64,000 bases of DNA from an uncultured archaeon (GTDB taxonomy: Archaea; Altiarchaeota; Altiarchaeia; IMC4; SCGC-AAA252-I15), in the NCBI GenBank assembly GCA_902384455.1, contig CABMCB010000071.1:1-64000 (forward strand), in the 5' to 3' direction. The notes below the pieces were generated by a model. That model saw nothing but the letters and a program-made list of their open reading frames with translations. It was not told where the DNA came from and made no database searches. Below, in pieces: positions 30,144 to 41,014 of this stretch. The first letter of the stretch is position 1. Every line of letters starts with the position of its first letter. The position numbers and the translations under genes were made by a program.

Positions 30144-31101
30144 CGCTTCCACTCTTTTTGGTTACAACTTTAGAGTCTATTATTCCGTCTGTGACGACTT
30201 CGAATACGCATTCGCCTTCAGGCATGCTGGGTGAGTCTATGAGGCGTGCTATGCGTTTTTCGCCTTTGCTTTTTCTAAGGTACACGCGGTATGTGCTGTG
30301 GTGGCCGACGATGTGGCCTCCGACTGGCGTGGTGGGGTCGCCGAACATTATGTCGGGTCGGGCCATGACTTGGTTTGTGACTATTACTGCGGCATTGTAT
30401 ACGTCGGCTATTTTCCGCTGTAGCGTGTGCATGTGGCGGTTTAGTTTTTGTTGGCGGGGTGCGAGTTCTCCTCGGCCCATGTATTCCGCGCGGAAGTGCG
30501 CTGTGAGGGAGTCTACGACGAATAGTTTGACGTTTTTTTCTCCCATTATTTCCACCGCTTTTTCGGCAAGAAGCATCTGGTGGTCGCTGTTGTATGCGCG
30601 GGCGACCATTATGTTTTTGAGCGCGTCTTCGGGTTTGAGGCCGACTGCTTTCGCCATCTGCTGTATCCGTTCGGGGCGGAATGTGTTTTCGGTGTCCACG
30701 TATATTGCTGTTCCTTCGAGTCCGCCGTCTTCTTTGGGTAGTTGAACATTGACTGCGAGCTGGTGGCCTAATTGGGTTTTTCCGCTTCCGAATTTTCCGT
30801 AGAATTCTGTGATGGCCTGGGTTTCTATTCCGCCGCCAAGTAGTTTGTCTAGTTCCTGGCTTCCTGTGGATATTTTACCCACCTGAAGGCGTTTCTCGAG
30901 TATTTCAAGCCCCGTTTCGAAGCCCATCTGCAAGTTGCTTCTTGCGGACTGAATTATTTTTGCGGCAGTAGACTCTCCCATGCCCAGCTCCTTGAGTTCG
31001 CCAACGCTTGCGGCAGCAACCGCCTCCACTGTGAGGTAGCCTGCTTCGCGGAGTTTTTCGGCGATGGCGGCCCCCACCCCATCGAGTTCTTCAAGTTCCA
31101 T
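30124..31101 (-). CDS. radA: DNA repair and recombination protein RadA
   Basis: HhH N-terminus, [38 protein letters not shown]. Confidence 0.98.
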   Translation of the reverse strand: MELEELDGVGAAIAEKLREAGYLTVEAVAAASVGELKELGMGESTAAKIIQSARSNLQMGFETGLEILEKRLQVGKISTGSQELDKLLGGGIETQAITEFYGKFGSGKTQLGHQLAVNVQLPKEDGGLEGTAIYVDTENTFRPERIQQMAKAVGLKPEDALKNIMVARAYNSDHQMLLAEKAVEIMGEKNVKLFVVDSLTAHFRAEYMGRGELAPRQQKLNRHMHTLQRKIADVYNAAVIVTNQVMARPDIMFGDPTTPVGGHIVGHHSTYRVYLRKSKGEKRIARLIDSPSMPEGECVFEVVTDGIIDSKVVTKKSGSDETEEY

Positions 31102-31146
31102 TGTGAAAACGTAGTTGTATTATTGATTTGATTAATATATTGCCTT

Positions 31147-33039
31147 TTATCCTATCAGCGCCTCCATGCGTTTGCCCACTTCTTTGCCGTCAACCAACGC
31201 GTTGACCAGCACGTCTATGAGCGTTTCGGCTGGAATAATCTGGATTTTGCCTTCATACTTCTTCTCAAGCATCACGTCTTTCATGTTGCGGGCGGGTATT
31301 ATCACGCGCTTAAGCCCGGCGTCGATTGCGGCCTCTATTTTTTGCGTGACTCCTCCGACGGGTAGCACTTCGCCTCTTACTGTGAGGCTTCCGGTCATTG
31401 CGGTGTCTTGGCGTACTCCCGCGTTTTGCAGGGCGCTTATGACTGCTACTGCGACTGAGACGCTTGCGCTGTCGCCTTCCACTCCCTCATACGTCTGCAG
31501 GAACTGTATGTGGGTGTCGTGTTCTGTTATGTCTTTGCCTGAAACCTTTTTTATGAGAGCGCCTACGTTTGTTATGGACTCCTTTGCTATTTCGCCGAGT
31601 TTGCCCGTCGCAATTATGAGGCCGCTGTCTTTCTTTTGGGCTGGGGCTATTTCTGCGACTATTGGCAGTACTGTTCCTCCTTCGCCCATGACGGCGAGGC
31701 CGTTTACTCGGCCTACTTTGGCGCCTTTGGTTATGAGTAGGTTGTATTCTTTTTTGCGTTCTAGGTAGTAGTCGCCCATTTGTTGTTCTAGTGTTCGGGC
31801 GCTTCTTTTGCCTATTAGTACGTCTTCGGCTGTTACGTATTTGTGTTTTTTCTCGCGGGCTATGTCGCCTGCTGCGCGGATTAGTCCGCCTAGTTCGCGG
31901 AATCTTAGGGTTAGTTTGTTTTGCATTCCGGCTTTCCGGTTGGCTTCGTGTATTATTTCTGTGACTGCCTCGCGGGTGAAGTGCGGTATTTTCCCGTCGT
32001 TTTTGATTTCTTGGGCGACGAATTGGACTATTTTCTTGCGGTTTTCGTCGTTGTCTTCGGTTGTTTCGCGCATGAAAACTTCGTATCCGTATCCGCGGAT
32101 TCTGCTTCTTAGTGCCGGGTGCATCTGCTCTATTATGTGTAGGTTGCCTGCGGCAATCAGGATGAAGTCGCATGGTACGGGGTCGGTGTAGACCATTGCG
32201 CCGCTGCTCATCTCGCTTCTCCCTGTTATGGGCAATTGCTTTTCCTGCATTGCGGTCAGCAGGTCCTGCTGGCTTTTGCCAAGCATTCCGACTTCGTCAA
32301 TGAACAGTACGCCTTTGTGGGCTTTGTGTATTAGGCCGGCTACGACTCTTACGTGGGCGGGCGTTCCCAGTCCTCCGGTCTGCAGGGGGTCGTGTTTTAC
32401 GTCGCCAAGCAGTGCGCCGGCGTGTGCGCCTGTGCCGTCGTAGAAGGGGGCGATTTTTTGGTCTGCGTTATCGACTATTATGCGCGGGAAAGTCTGTTTT
32501 TTGCCTCCCATGAATCCGCGGGAGCTTATGCCGAAAAGTAGGAAGAAGATTATCCCAAACGCCATCATTGCGGCGACTACTATCCCGTCGGTCACAATGC
32601 CAAACAGGTAGAGTCCCAAAGGCATGAAGAAAAACAGGAACAAAAGCAGCGGAATGCGGTTTCCTTCATCCTTCTGCGGCTCACCCTCGGAACTCATCGC
32701 CTCCTTAAGAGTCTTGCGTCCTTCGCCGGCAGGAACAACCTTTATCTTAGGGTTGTTCTCGTCGTCAAAGTTGGGGTAAGCCAAAACGTCCACCAAAGCC
32801 TCAGCAGGCAAAAGCTCGGCCATCGCCTTAGCCAACATGCTTTTTCCGGTGCCCGGCTCCCCAATAAGCATAACATGGCGGCGCTGCCTAGCCGCCTTCC
32901 TAACTATATTCACCGCCTCCTCCTGGCCGATAACCTGGTCTATGAGCACTGTGGGAACCACTATCTCCTCCGTAGTCTCGAAGCTGTCCCACTTTTTGGC
33001 GGTGACGCCTTTCTTGCTCGCGGCCTTCTTTTTGGGCAT
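31147..33039 (-). CDS. lonB: ATP-dependent protease LonB
   Basis: [10 protein letters not shown] insertion in the AAA+ domain, EGDSAS catalytic Ser, [12 protein letters not shown]. Confidence 0.97.
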   Translation of the reverse strand: MPKKKAASKKGVTAKKWDSFETTEEIVVPTVLIDQVIGQEEAVNIVRKAARQRRHVMLIGEPGTGKSMLAKAMAELLPAEALVDVLAYPNFDDENNPKIKVVPAGEGRKTLKEAMSSEGEPQKDEGNRIPLLLFLFFFMPLGLYLFGIVTDGIVVAAMMAFGIIFFLLFGISSRGFMGGKKQTFPRIIVDNADQKIAPFYDGTGAHAGALLGDVKHDPLQTGGLGTPAHVRVVAGLIHKAHKGVLFIDEVGMLGKSQQDLLTAMQEKQLPITGRSEMSSGAMVYTDPVPCDFILIAAGNLHIIEQMHPALRSRIRGYGYEVFMRETTEDNDENRKKIVQFVAQEIKNDGKIPHFTREAVTEIIHEANRKAGMQNKLTLRFRELGGLIRAAGDIAREKKHKYVTAEDVLIGKRSARTLEQQMGDYYLERKKEYNLLITKGAKVGRVNGLAVMGEGGTVLPIVAEIAPAQKKDSGLIIATGKLGEIAKESITNVGALIKKVSGKDITEHDTHIQFLQTYEGVEGDSASVSVAVAVISALQNAGVRQDTAMTGSLTVRGEVLPVGGVTQKIEAAIDAGLKRVIIPARNMKDVMLEKKYEGKIQIIPAETLIDVLVNALVDGKEVGKRMEALIG

Positions 33040-33104
33040 GTTAGAGTATAAGGTATAGTTTGGTTATCCTATAAACGCAGTCTGCGGAGGGGAAAAATGG
33101 GTTT

Positions 33105-34007
33105 TTACTCCTCTTTCGGGTGCCGCATGGCTTCGTCCATTATTTGCGCGGCTCTTCTTTCCGCCGCAATTTCTTCTGGCGGTCTCTTGTGCGGGTTTTG
33201 CCGGGCTTCTTGCGGGCCTTCAGTCTGCCGTTGGGCGTCGAATTCCTGGATTTCGCGTAGGGTGTCTCTTTGCTGGCGCAATCCAAGCGATATTGCGCGT
33301 ATTTTTTCGGCCGGCGGCATTTCTCTCCACGTTGCTTCGTCCACTATTAGCGTCTCTTCGGGAGGTTTCTCTTGTGGAATAGGTATGCCTGCTTCCTGCA
33401 TGCGTGCCTTGGTTATGTCGTCGAGTCTTGTGAGGTTTCCTTCAACCGCTCTTTTTAGGACGTCAAGTTTTTCGGCGGGAGGCATGTTATTCCAGTCCTC
33501 GTCGCTTACCGCCTTAACGCCCTGAGGTCCGGCTGCCGCGGCAGCTTCAGCGCCTTGTCCCTTAATCAAATCAAGCTGCACCTTAAGTTGTTCCTGGCCG
33601 TTGTATAGGGAGTTTAGCATGCCTGGCGGTGTGAGTCCTGGGGCGGCGTGTAGGGCTTCGAGCATTACTCTTTCGTCTTCGGCTGAGGCGGTAAGTTGGG
33701 TGGCTTCCAGTTTGCTTCCTGCGGCGAGTTTGTCTGCGGAAGTCAGCGCTTCTTTTTGGAATCTGAGTGCTTCTGTGAGGTTGGTGTTTATGTCCGCACC
33801 TCTTTGCACGAGCATGGTGTCAAGTTTGGGTATGGCTGCTTTTGACAGGCCGCTTTGTCCTTTGTAGAATGCTATTTGGGCTTCCGAGAGGGTGGATGAT
33901 GATAGGAGGGCGGTGTCTACTTGGTTTGTGACTTGGGTTAAATCAATTTGAGCTGGTGCTTCGACGACGTCCCTTTGGGGGGCGTATACGGCGGGTGGTG
34001 CTGCCAT
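33105..34007 (-). CDS. Hypothetical helical protein with an internal repeat
   Basis: 300-aa ORF with SD-like GAGGAG upstream; two W..MPPAEK repeats. Confidence 0.7.
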   Translation of the reverse strand: MAAPPAVYAPQRDVVEAPAQIDLTQVTNQVDTALLSSSTLSEAQIAFYKGQSGLSKAAIPKLDTMLVQRGADINTNLTEALRFQKEALTSADKLAAGSKLEATQLTASAEDERVMLEALHAAPGLTPPGMLNSLYNGQEQLKVQLDLIKGQGAEAAAAAGPQGVKAVSDEDWNNMPPAEKLDVLKRAVEGNLTRLDDITKARMQEAGIPIPQEKPPEETLIVDEATWREMPPAEKIRAISLGLRQQRDTLREIQEFDAQRQTEGPQEARQNPHKRPPEEIAAERRAAQIMDEAMRHPKEE

Positions 34008-34068
34008 TTTCTCCTCGTTATTATTCCTCTTTTTGAATGTAAAAGTGGCTAAGCTGAGGCGGTATGTC

Positions 34069-36255
34069 TTAACCTGGTTTGCGCCTTTGACTAGGCGGCA
34101 GTGCGGGCGGTAGTTCGCTGTGGGTTTCCGTTGTTCCTGCGGCCTCTCTGCCTAGTTCTTCCCGTGCTGCCGTGAAATATTGGGTTAATTCTCGTGCTTC
34201 GCGGATTAGGTCGTAGGGGGTTCTGCCTTGTTTGTCTTGTTTTTTCCCCAACTCAGGGTACTGTTTGAAGAAGCGTTCTGCGGCGTCAAGTCCCTTCGGC
34301 GCTGCTGTGGTTATCTCCCTCATCTCATCGAGAAACGGCGTAAGTTCGTCTTCGTCAACGTTGCGTAGGTGCGTTCGAGACTCAAGCACAGCGTTTTCCG
34401 CCCGGTTGGACAGCATCATCGCCGGGTTTAAAGCGTCCATGAGGTCTGCAATGGTGTCGTGGCCTCTTTTTCTGAATAGTGGCGTGAATAGTTTTTGGGA
34501 TGTTGTGCCTCTGATTTCTATGTCGTTTATCGGCGCTGCTATCCCCACTGTTCCATGGGCGACGTCCCTTAATTTTTCGTAGAGCATATAGGCTACTTGC
34601 CCAGCGTGCATGACCCTCTCCTCCACTTCGTTTAGTTGGAAGTCGTCGACTACGAGGTCGGTGATGCACGGAACTCCGCGGTGCGATGACTTACGGGAGA
34701 CGTCTTCGAAAAAAACCTTTATCGCAGGATTAACCCCCGCCTGGTTCGCTACCCTCACGTTCTCCGGGTGAGTCGAGGCGGCCGCAACCAACACCGCCAA
34801 ACGCAGCGTAGACATAGGGTTGTCTGGGTTGGGGCTTATTGAAACCGCAGGAACGTCCTCCGGTCGTTCGGCGATTATGTCGGTGAACCCGAATTCTCTC
34901 TGTAGGTCCTTCAATGAAATCTCCTGCCTGACGGGGATAGGCTGGTATTCGCCCGGCTGGTAGTCGCCGTCGGGCCTATAGGTCTTTCCCATGCAGTCGA
35001 AGGTCTCGAACTCGAAGAAGGCGTCTCTTTTAGGGTTCTCCCTCTGAGGCGTAAAACCCATTTTTCCTATGGATCCGCCCATGGAATGATGATGTCCCTC
35101 CCCGTTTTGAGCGTATGCGGCAAGCAAAGCAAGCAGGTACACTGCTCTATCCTCCCTTAGGTTGTTGGCTCTTGCAAGCTCGCCGACAAACGCCCTAAGC
35201 TTCTCCTCATTAGACCCCTTCCAGTCCTCAACATAAGCCTTAACCCCCATCCACGCAGGGTCGCCGTCACGCGGCCTGCTGAAGTCCAACATAAATGGAA
35301 CATGCAGTTGGCCGTCTGGGATTTCAATGCTGTTTCTTCCTCGGGCCATGTTTGATGCCGTGTCGTGGATGTTGCCGTCTGAAAGAAGACGGGTCGTCGG
35401 GACTGCGGTTTCAGATTCAAAAGTCGGTTTGGGGAAGTGGATTATGCCGTCCAAGGGGGTAGTCATGGGAACTCCCCTCAAGTCTATGAACCCGTATCTT
35501 TCGTTTGGGTTGGTGACCGCCGCCAAAACAGCGGGAACGGAGAGGCCGTAGGCGGCTATTTCCACCCGCCTGTGTAAGCTTACCTTCCTCTGTGACTCGC
35601 CCATCAAAGCGACTAGGGTGTGGGGCGCGTTTCCCGCGTTAAGCTGCGCCGGAATCTCGTCTGCTACCAGATGGTCGTAGCCGACGTAAGCAGCGACTTT
35701 CGCAGTGAGGTCTTTGCCGACGAAATCCGACAGTTCCCTTCCCATGTAGGCGCCTCGTTGGTGAGAGCGTTCTTCTGTCGGAACGGCTGTAACTTCCCTT
35801 TCGGGCATGTCAATGAACATAACGTTTTCTCGCCCGAAACACTGTGTTGCGGCGCCAAGAATTTCGGCGAACCGGTGGGGGATCCAGGTTCCTCTGGCTA
35901 CTTCTTCGGTTGTCAGCTGCCCTGCTTTGAAGGGTGCTTCAAGGTCTGAAGGAACCTCAAGCGCGAAGTGGGTGGCTCCCGCAGTTTTGAGTCTGTTCAT
36001 TTCCCCTTTTATTCCTCTTTGGATGGGTAGGGACTCGTGGTCGGTGTCCCCAAGCACAAGAACGTTTTTGCCTCTAAAAAGCTCATTGTAGTCCACTCCC
36101 TGCCGGTAGCGCGGAGGCATTCCCGCGTCGGCATCTCCCACCATAAGCCTATGCCAGTCGGCATATCTGAAACGGTCGCCTAAGTCAAACGGCATTATCC
36201 CCGTTACGTTTCCGTCGCCTTCCGCAGGGGTTGTTTTGCTGCGTCGGATTGGCAT
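34069..36255 (-). CDS. Hypothetical protein with N-terminal EreA/ChaN-like domain
   Basis: 728-aa ORF; VLVLGDTDH, HFALEVP, FIDMP, R...M, YVGYDHL in the order typical of the EreA/ChaN/Tiki fold. Confidence 0.6.
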   Translation of the reverse strand: MPIRRSKTTPAEGDGNVTGIMPFDLGDRFRYADWHRLMVGDADAGMPPRYRQGVDYNELFRGKNVLVLGDTDHESLPIQRGIKGEMNRLKTAGATHFALEVPSDLEAPFKAGQLTTEEVARGTWIPHRFAEILGAATQCFGRENVMFIDMPEREVTAVPTEERSHQRGAYMGRELSDFVGKDLTAKVAAYVGYDHLVADEIPAQLNAGNAPHTLVALMGESQRKVSLHRRVEIAAYGLSVPAVLAAVTNPNERYGFIDLRGVPMTTPLDGIIHFPKPTFESETAVPTTRLLSDGNIHDTASNMARGRNSIEIPDGQLHVPFMLDFSRPRDGDPAWMGVKAYVEDWKGSNEEKLRAFVGELARANNLREDRAVYLLALLAAYAQNGEGHHHSMGGSIGKMGFTPQRENPKRDAFFEFETFDCMGKTYRPDGDYQPGEYQPIPVRQEISLKDLQREFGFTDIIAERPEDVPAVSISPNPDNPMSTLRLAVLVAAASTHPENVRVANQAGVNPAIKVFFEDVSRKSSHRGVPCITDLVVDDFQLNEVEERVMHAGQVAYMLYEKLRDVAHGTVGIAAPINDIEIRGTTSQKLFTPLFRKRGHDTIADLMDALNPAMMLSNRAENAVLESRTHLRNVDEDELTPFLDEMREITTAAPKGLDAAERFFKQYPELGKKQDKQGRTPYDLIREARELTQYFTAAREELGREAAGTTETHSELPPALPPSQRRKPG

Positions 36256-36292
36256 GGTAATTAAAGACCTGCAGTTAAAGGAAAAAAACGTC

Positions 36293-37045
36293 TTACTCCA
36301 GCTTTTTAGCCATGAACAATGATTGGCGGGTTTTTTCTAACAAACGTCTTTCTTCATTGAATGCCTCTTGGGCTTCCGAGTACTTCCTCCTTTTCTCTTC
36401 TCCCTCTTCAAGCCCCCCTTCATACACCAAGCGTCTCATGTCGCGGTCAAGTTCAGGCAGAGGATTGCCTCTGTTATCTTCCGGATGGAATCCTTCCCGC
36501 ACAAGCCAAACCAAGACTGCAGGGTTCGTGGGCAAGTCAGTGACTTTTGAAATACCGTACTTGCGGGCGGCTCCAATCATTACGCGATGAAGAAGGCCGC
36601 CTACGTGGTCTCCTAAAACTCCCCCTCTGACGTACGCCATGTAGGCCAAATCCTCTTTGGGCTGAAGGTCTACTTTACAGTACCCTAAGGGGAAATCCAA
36701 TGGGTCGTTTATCGTGAAAATTATGTCGCCGTCTTCGGCGCCCGCGCTCATAGTATACCCACAAAAATTTGTTTTAGGTTGAATAGCACTCCCCTCAAGT
36801 CGTCTTATGAACTCCGGCAGTTCCTCTGCCCCCCCAGGAAGAAGAGACAAAGCAGCGGGAATAGCATCAGCTTCAAGCGGATGCGCAGGGTTAGCCGCCA
36901 GCTTAGGGTAAAATTGAGGGTCAAGTTTAACGTCTTTCCCGGCGTCAGCCGCACCTTTCAGTGCCACCACAAAGTCTCCTTTAAGTTGGGGGCTTTCCCT
37001 CAGGTCTGCTTCGTTTAGTATCTTGGGTGGGGTGGCCTGCTTCAT
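36293..37045 (-). CDS. Hypothetical protein, GNAT-like domain
   Basis: GDHVGGLLHRVMIGAARKYGISKV..TNPAVLVWLVREGF resembles GNAT motifs A and B. Confidence 0.55.
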   Translation of the reverse strand: MKQATPPKILNEADLRESPQLKGDFVVALKGAADAGKDVKLDPQFYPKLAANPAHPLEADAIPAALSLLPGGAEELPEFIRRLEGSAIQPKTNFCGYTMSAGAEDGDIIFTINDPLDFPLGYCKVDLQPKEDLAYMAYVRGGVLGDHVGGLLHRVMIGAARKYGISKVTDLPTNPAVLVWLVREGFHPEDNRGNPLPELDRDMRRLVYEGGLEEGEEKRRKYSEAQEAFNEERRLLEKTRQSLFMAKKLE

Positions 37046-37082
37046 ATGTAGTAATTACCTCGCAGATTTAGGTGAAAAATGT

Positions 37083-38063
37083 TTACCAGACTATTTCCAC
37101 GTCGTCTGTGCGTTGGTTTGGGTACACTTGGGATTCGTCTATCGGCGTCTCAAGTCCCGCCCGCCTCATCAAAGCGCCCACCACAGCAATCATGGCGCCG
37201 TTGTCTCCGTTGTATTTTCCGGCATTGGCGAACTTGGCGCCGTGCTCGCTTGCGACGAGAGAAACCATCTCGGCGAGCCTCTTGTTGTATCCCACTCCCC
37301 CCGTCAGTAGGACTTCTTTGGCGTTCAAGTGAGCAAGCGCCCTCTCAGTCACCTCACACAACATAGCAAACGCCGTTTCCTGCAAACTAAAACACACATC
37401 CTCCAAACGCTCACCCTCCTTATGATACTTCAAAGCCGCAGTCAAAATCCCCGAAAAACTCAAATCAGTCCCCTTCACCACGTAAGGCAAAGGAAGATAC
37501 TTCCCACCGTCTCTCGCCAAAACCTCAATTTTAGGTCCCGCAGGATGCTGAATACCAACCTCCCGCCCAAACTTATCCAGCATGTTTCCCACACCAATAT
37601 CCTGAGTCTCACCAAACACCCTATAACGCCCACCATTAAACTCAATAACCTGACTGTTACCCCCGCTAACATACAAAACAAGAGGCTTTTTGAACCCGGC
37701 CAAAACCCGTCCCACCTCAATATGGGCTATGCAGTGGTTGACTCCAACAAGCGGCTTCTTATGGTACAAAGCAAGAGCCCGCGCGGAGGTCGCCGCAGTC
37801 CTCAAGCAAGGGCCCAGTCCAGGCCCCTGACTGAACGCGACCGCATCAACATCACTCCACCCAACATTCGCATCAACAAGAGCCTTCCTAATTGTTTCCC
37901 CCGCGTTTTCGCCCATAAACTGCGCAGCATCCCGCGGCAGAATCCCGCTGCCAACCGCCGGAGTGTAAGTGCTTCTTACGTCCGAGAGAATCCTCCAGCC
38001 GACGCTATCAACTACGCCGACTCCGAACGTGTGGGCAGTGCCCTCTACTCCAACCACAATCAT
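37083..38063 (-). CDS. kae1: tRNA N6-threonylcarbamoyltransferase Kae1 (stand-alone)
   Basis: MIVVGVEGTAHTFG, SQGPGLGPCL, NHCIAHIE, YVSGGNSQ, DNGAMIA; true start at 38063. Confidence 0.96.
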   Translation of the reverse strand: MIVVGVEGTAHTFGVGVVDSVGWRILSDVRSTYTPAVGSGILPRDAAQFMGENAGETIRKALVDANVGWSDVDAVAFSQGPGLGPCLRTAATSARALALYHKKPLVGVNHCIAHIEVGRVLAGFKKPLVLYVSGGNSQVIEFNGGRYRVFGETQDIGVGNMLDKFGREVGIQHPAGPKIEVLARDGGKYLPLPYVVKGTDLSFSGILTAALKYHKEGERLEDVCFSLQETAFAMLCEVTERALAHLNAKEVLLTGGVGYNKRLAEMVSLVASEHGAKFANAGKYNGDNGAMIAVVGALMRRAGLETPIDESQVYPNQRTDDVEIVW

Positions 38064-38100
38064 GGCGTATTTAATATGCAGAGGGCCGTTTATATTACTC

Positions 38101-38625
38101 GTGGCAACGGCGGCGATAGCAGTCGGCATACTATCTGGCACTAAAGTGGTGATAGCGGGAGACGGAGCCGCACTGCTTAAGGAACGCGGATTCGGCGAAA
38201 CAGAAGGCAAAAGAATCGTCTTATCCCTCATAGAAGCAGCATACCTAGCAGACACAGACCGCTTGGACGTAATGGACGGAGACAAAAAAGTTTCCGTCGA
38301 AGACCTCATAAAAACAGGCTCCTCGCACGAAAAAGAATTCCACAACCGATACCTAGTATACAAAGACCTTAGGGAACGAGGCCTACTCGTAAAAAGCGGC
38401 CTCAAATTCGGCACAGACTTCCGCATATACGAACGAGGCACATCAGTCGGAAGCGGCCACTCAACCAAACTCGTCCACGTCGTGCCCGAAGAATACACAT
38501 GCAGCTTCCCCGAAATGGCACGCGCACTCAGGCTCGCAAAAACAGTCAACAAAGAAATGATCTACGCCATAGTAGACGGAGAAAGCGACATAACATACTA
38601 CCTCGTAGACAGACTAAAACTCTAA
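38101..38625 (+). CDS. endA: tRNA-splicing endonuclease (single-unit, about 174 aa)
   Basis: LSLIEAAYL, VYKDLRERG, KSGLKFGTDFRIY, GHS, R.A..V.K; GTG start inferred. Confidence 0.93.
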   Translation: MATAAIAVGILSGTKVVIAGDGAALLKERGFGETEGKRIVLSLIEAAYLADTDRLDVMDGDKKVSVEDLIKTGSSHEKEFHNRYLVYKDLRERGLLVKSGLKFGTDFRIYERGTSVGSGHSTKLVHVVPEEYTCSFPEMARALRLAKTVNKEMIYAIVDGESDITYYLVDRLKL

Positions 38626-38628
38626 ACA

Positions 38629-39540
38629 ATGAACCTCGTAGCACTCGGCACAATAGCATTAGACACCGTAGAGACGCCATTCGGCCGCCGCGAAAACATA
38701 CTGGGCGGCTCAGTCACATACTTCAGTTTGGCCGCAAGCTTCTTCACCAAATGCGGCGTAGTCGGGGTTGTAGGCAGAGATTTTCCAAGCGAGCACTTTA
38801 ATGTGCTAAGGCGGCGGGGAATTGATACTGCGGGTGTTGAGTACGCGGACGGAGACACTTTCCGTTGGGAAGGATTTTATGAGTACGACATGAATCAGGC
38901 GCACACCAAGCGCACAGACCTTAATGTTCTGGCGTCGTTTGACCCCAAAATCCCCAAGGAATACAAGAACTGCAAGTACCTGTTTCTCGCCAACACCGAC
39001 CCCGAAATCCAGCTTAAAGTCCTAAACGAAGTGAAGCCGACTTACAGCTTCTGCGACACAATGAACTACTGGATTAACTCCAAAAAAGAAGTTCTCACCG
39101 AAGTCCTCTCTAAAGTCGACATGGCAGTCATAAACGAAGGAGAAGCCCGCCAATACTGCGGCACACCCAACCTCATTAAATGCGGACGCACTCTTTTGGA
39201 CTCAGGCGTCAAAAAAGTCATAATCAAGAAAGGCGAACACGGCGCACTATACTTCTCAGAAGGCGAATTCTTCACCTCCCCCGCATACCCCATAGAAAAC
39301 GTCGTAGACCCCACAGGCGCAGGAGACAGCTTCGCAGGAGGCACAATAGGACACCTCGCTAAACACGGCACACTAACAGACGCAGACATCAAAAAAAGCA
39401 TGATACTAGGCGCAGTAATCGCAAGCTACGTCGTGGAAGGATTCAGCATAGACGCAATCAAAAACAAAACACAAGCCGACATAGAAGGCCGATACCGCGA
39501 GTTCAGGAAAATAGTGGCGTTCGACCATCAAATGCAGTAA
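38629..39540 (+). CDS. PfkB-family carbohydrate/nucleoside kinase
   Basis: LGGSVTY, KKGEHGA, DPTGAGDSFAGG. Confidence 0.93.
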   Translation: MNLVALGTIALDTVETPFGRRENILGGSVTYFSLAASFFTKCGVVGVVGRDFPSEHFNVLRRRGIDTAGVEYADGDTFRWEGFYEYDMNQAHTKRTDLNVLASFDPKIPKEYKNCKYLFLANTDPEIQLKVLNEVKPTYSFCDTMNYWINSKKEVLTEVLSKVDMAVINEGEARQYCGTPNLIKCGRTLLDSGVKKVIIKKGEHGALYFSEGEFFTSPAYPIENVVDPTGAGDSFAGGTIGHLAKHGTLTDADIKKSMILGAVIASYVVEGFSIDAIKNKTQADIEGRYREFRKIVAFDHQMQ

Positions 39541-39631
39541 GGGCGCCGGTCGTATTTCGTGGCCTTCGCATTCTATAAAGGCCTCTAAAAGAAGGCGGAG
39601 TCGTTTTTATCCCTATTTCTCTCGGTAATTA

Positions 39632-40606
39632 ATGGTGAAAGCGAGGGAGACTACTGTCGGGCGGCGGCGTGCGCAAGAGGTGCCTGCGGATGCTGCTGTT
39701 GCTTCTCCAAGTGTTGGCGTAGATTCGAGGCAGCTTTCTGCTGAGTTGGCGGCTATGGAACGTGAAGTGGGGGCTGCTGTGGATAAGGTTTGGAATCCTG
39801 ACGTGCGTTCGGTTCAGGAACGTCGCAGGGACGTGAGGCAGTTGAGTCCGCCGGTTTCGGATTGGGTGCATGCGTATGCTGCGGGTGGTTTTAAGCCGGA
39901 TTTTCTTGTTCGAAGTGAGGATGTCGGCGGGATTATAACGGCGGCAAGTAGGATACAGCTTGGAAACTGTTCTGTTCAGGAGGGAGTTAAGCCTCTTGAG
40001 GGGTTGCGTGTTTTCGAGCCAAGCAAGGATTTTGCTTTAGATCAAGCAGATATGTTGCCGTACAATCACCTTGTCGACGTGGCAAAGCAGGCGAGAGTCG
40101 AAGAAAGCTCGCTTCAGCGGGCGCTAATTGGGGCATTGGTTTTGCAAGACTATAACAAGACGAAAGGAGTCTCTCCTGACGTCACCCCCGACTTAGTGAG
40201 AGAAACTGGCTTTCACGGTGGGCTTGCCATAACCATTGCTGGCGCTTTGTCCGAAGTAGTATTACTTCCATTAAGCTACCTTACAAACCCACCTAACTTA
40301 CTCTGGGCTATTGGTCTTATCCCGACAATAGGTGGTCTATTCGTCCAAGCTGGTTTAACGGTCTTAAGCTCAGGAATGGAGGCTTCCCCTCGGCTCAATG
40401 AGTTCGTAAGCAACAATCCTGTTGCCAAATTCGCAGTGAGAACTTACTCCAGAATTAGATATGCTTTGATGGGTGAGGAAACGGCTAAGTACACGACCAA
40501 TGAAGGTGGTCTTGCGCGTCAATACTGGCATGGGCAGGCGTGGAAGGACCTTGAAAAAGATAGTCCTCCGACAGCTCCAACCCGCCCCACCGTAGAACGC
40601 TGGTGA
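39632..40606 (+). CDS. Hypothetical membrane-associated protein
   Basis: 324-aa ORF with a hydrophobic hairpin in the C-terminal third; no family recognised. Confidence 0.65.
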   Translation: MVKARETTVGRRRAQEVPADAAVASPSVGVDSRQLSAELAAMEREVGAAVDKVWNPDVRSVQERRRDVRQLSPPVSDWVHAYAAGGFKPDFLVRSEDVGGIITAASRIQLGNCSVQEGVKPLEGLRVFEPSKDFALDQADMLPYNHLVDVAKQARVEESSLQRALIGALVLQDYNKTKGVSPDVTPDLVRETGFHGGLAITIAGALSEVVLLPLSYLTNPPNLLWAIGLIPTIGGLFVQAGLTVLSSGMEASPRLNEFVSNNPVAKFAVRTYSRIRYALMGEETAKYTTNEGGLARQYWHGQAWKDLEKDSPPTAPTRPTVERW

Positions 40607-40634
40607 AATACGTTAAAACAGGGACATTCTGAAG

Positions 40635-40985
40635 CTACAAGAGCGACTGGTTCATTACGTCTTCGTCTGTTCTGACTGCGTCGTCGGCTATGTAGTCGCT
40701 TGTGTTTCCGACTCCGTTCGCTTCGTTGACTATGCCTTTGCAGTCGTCTACTGTGTATGTCGCGACTTCCTTGAAAATCCTCACGCACTCTCCCGAAGTA
40801 ATGCCCGTTTCATTAAGCACCTGGAGGCAGTCGGCGCTTCCTCGGTTTCCTCCGTCGTTGACGCACTCTTGGCAACATCGGTTTTCATTGACGGAAAAAG
40901 GAACGACTGTATCATTACTTCCTCTGCTTACGCAGCCGGACGCAAAAAGCACAAACACAATCCCAAGCAAAGCAAGGCGCTTCAT
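40635..40985 (-). CDS. Cys-rich putative lipoprotein
   Basis: MKRLALLGIVFVLFASGC lipobox; CCQEC. Confidence 0.7.
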   Translation of the reverse strand: MKRLALLGIVFVLFASGCVSRGSNDTVVPFSVNENRCCQECVNDGGNRGSADCLQVLNETGITSGECVRIFKEVATYTVDDCKGIVNEANGVGNTSDYIADDAVRTDEDVMNQSLL

Positions 40986-41014
40986 GAAATACTCTTTTCC
41001 GCCTGCCATAAAAA

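Noticed and set aside
19247-33039. Inteins in MCM, RadA or LonB
   Set aside because: Protein lengths are normal, motifs are contiguous and no intein splice-junction signatures are visible.
38064-38552. N-terminal extension of Kae1 (possible fusion)
   Set aside because: Antisense shadow of endA; Kae1 homology begins at MIVVGVEGTAH.
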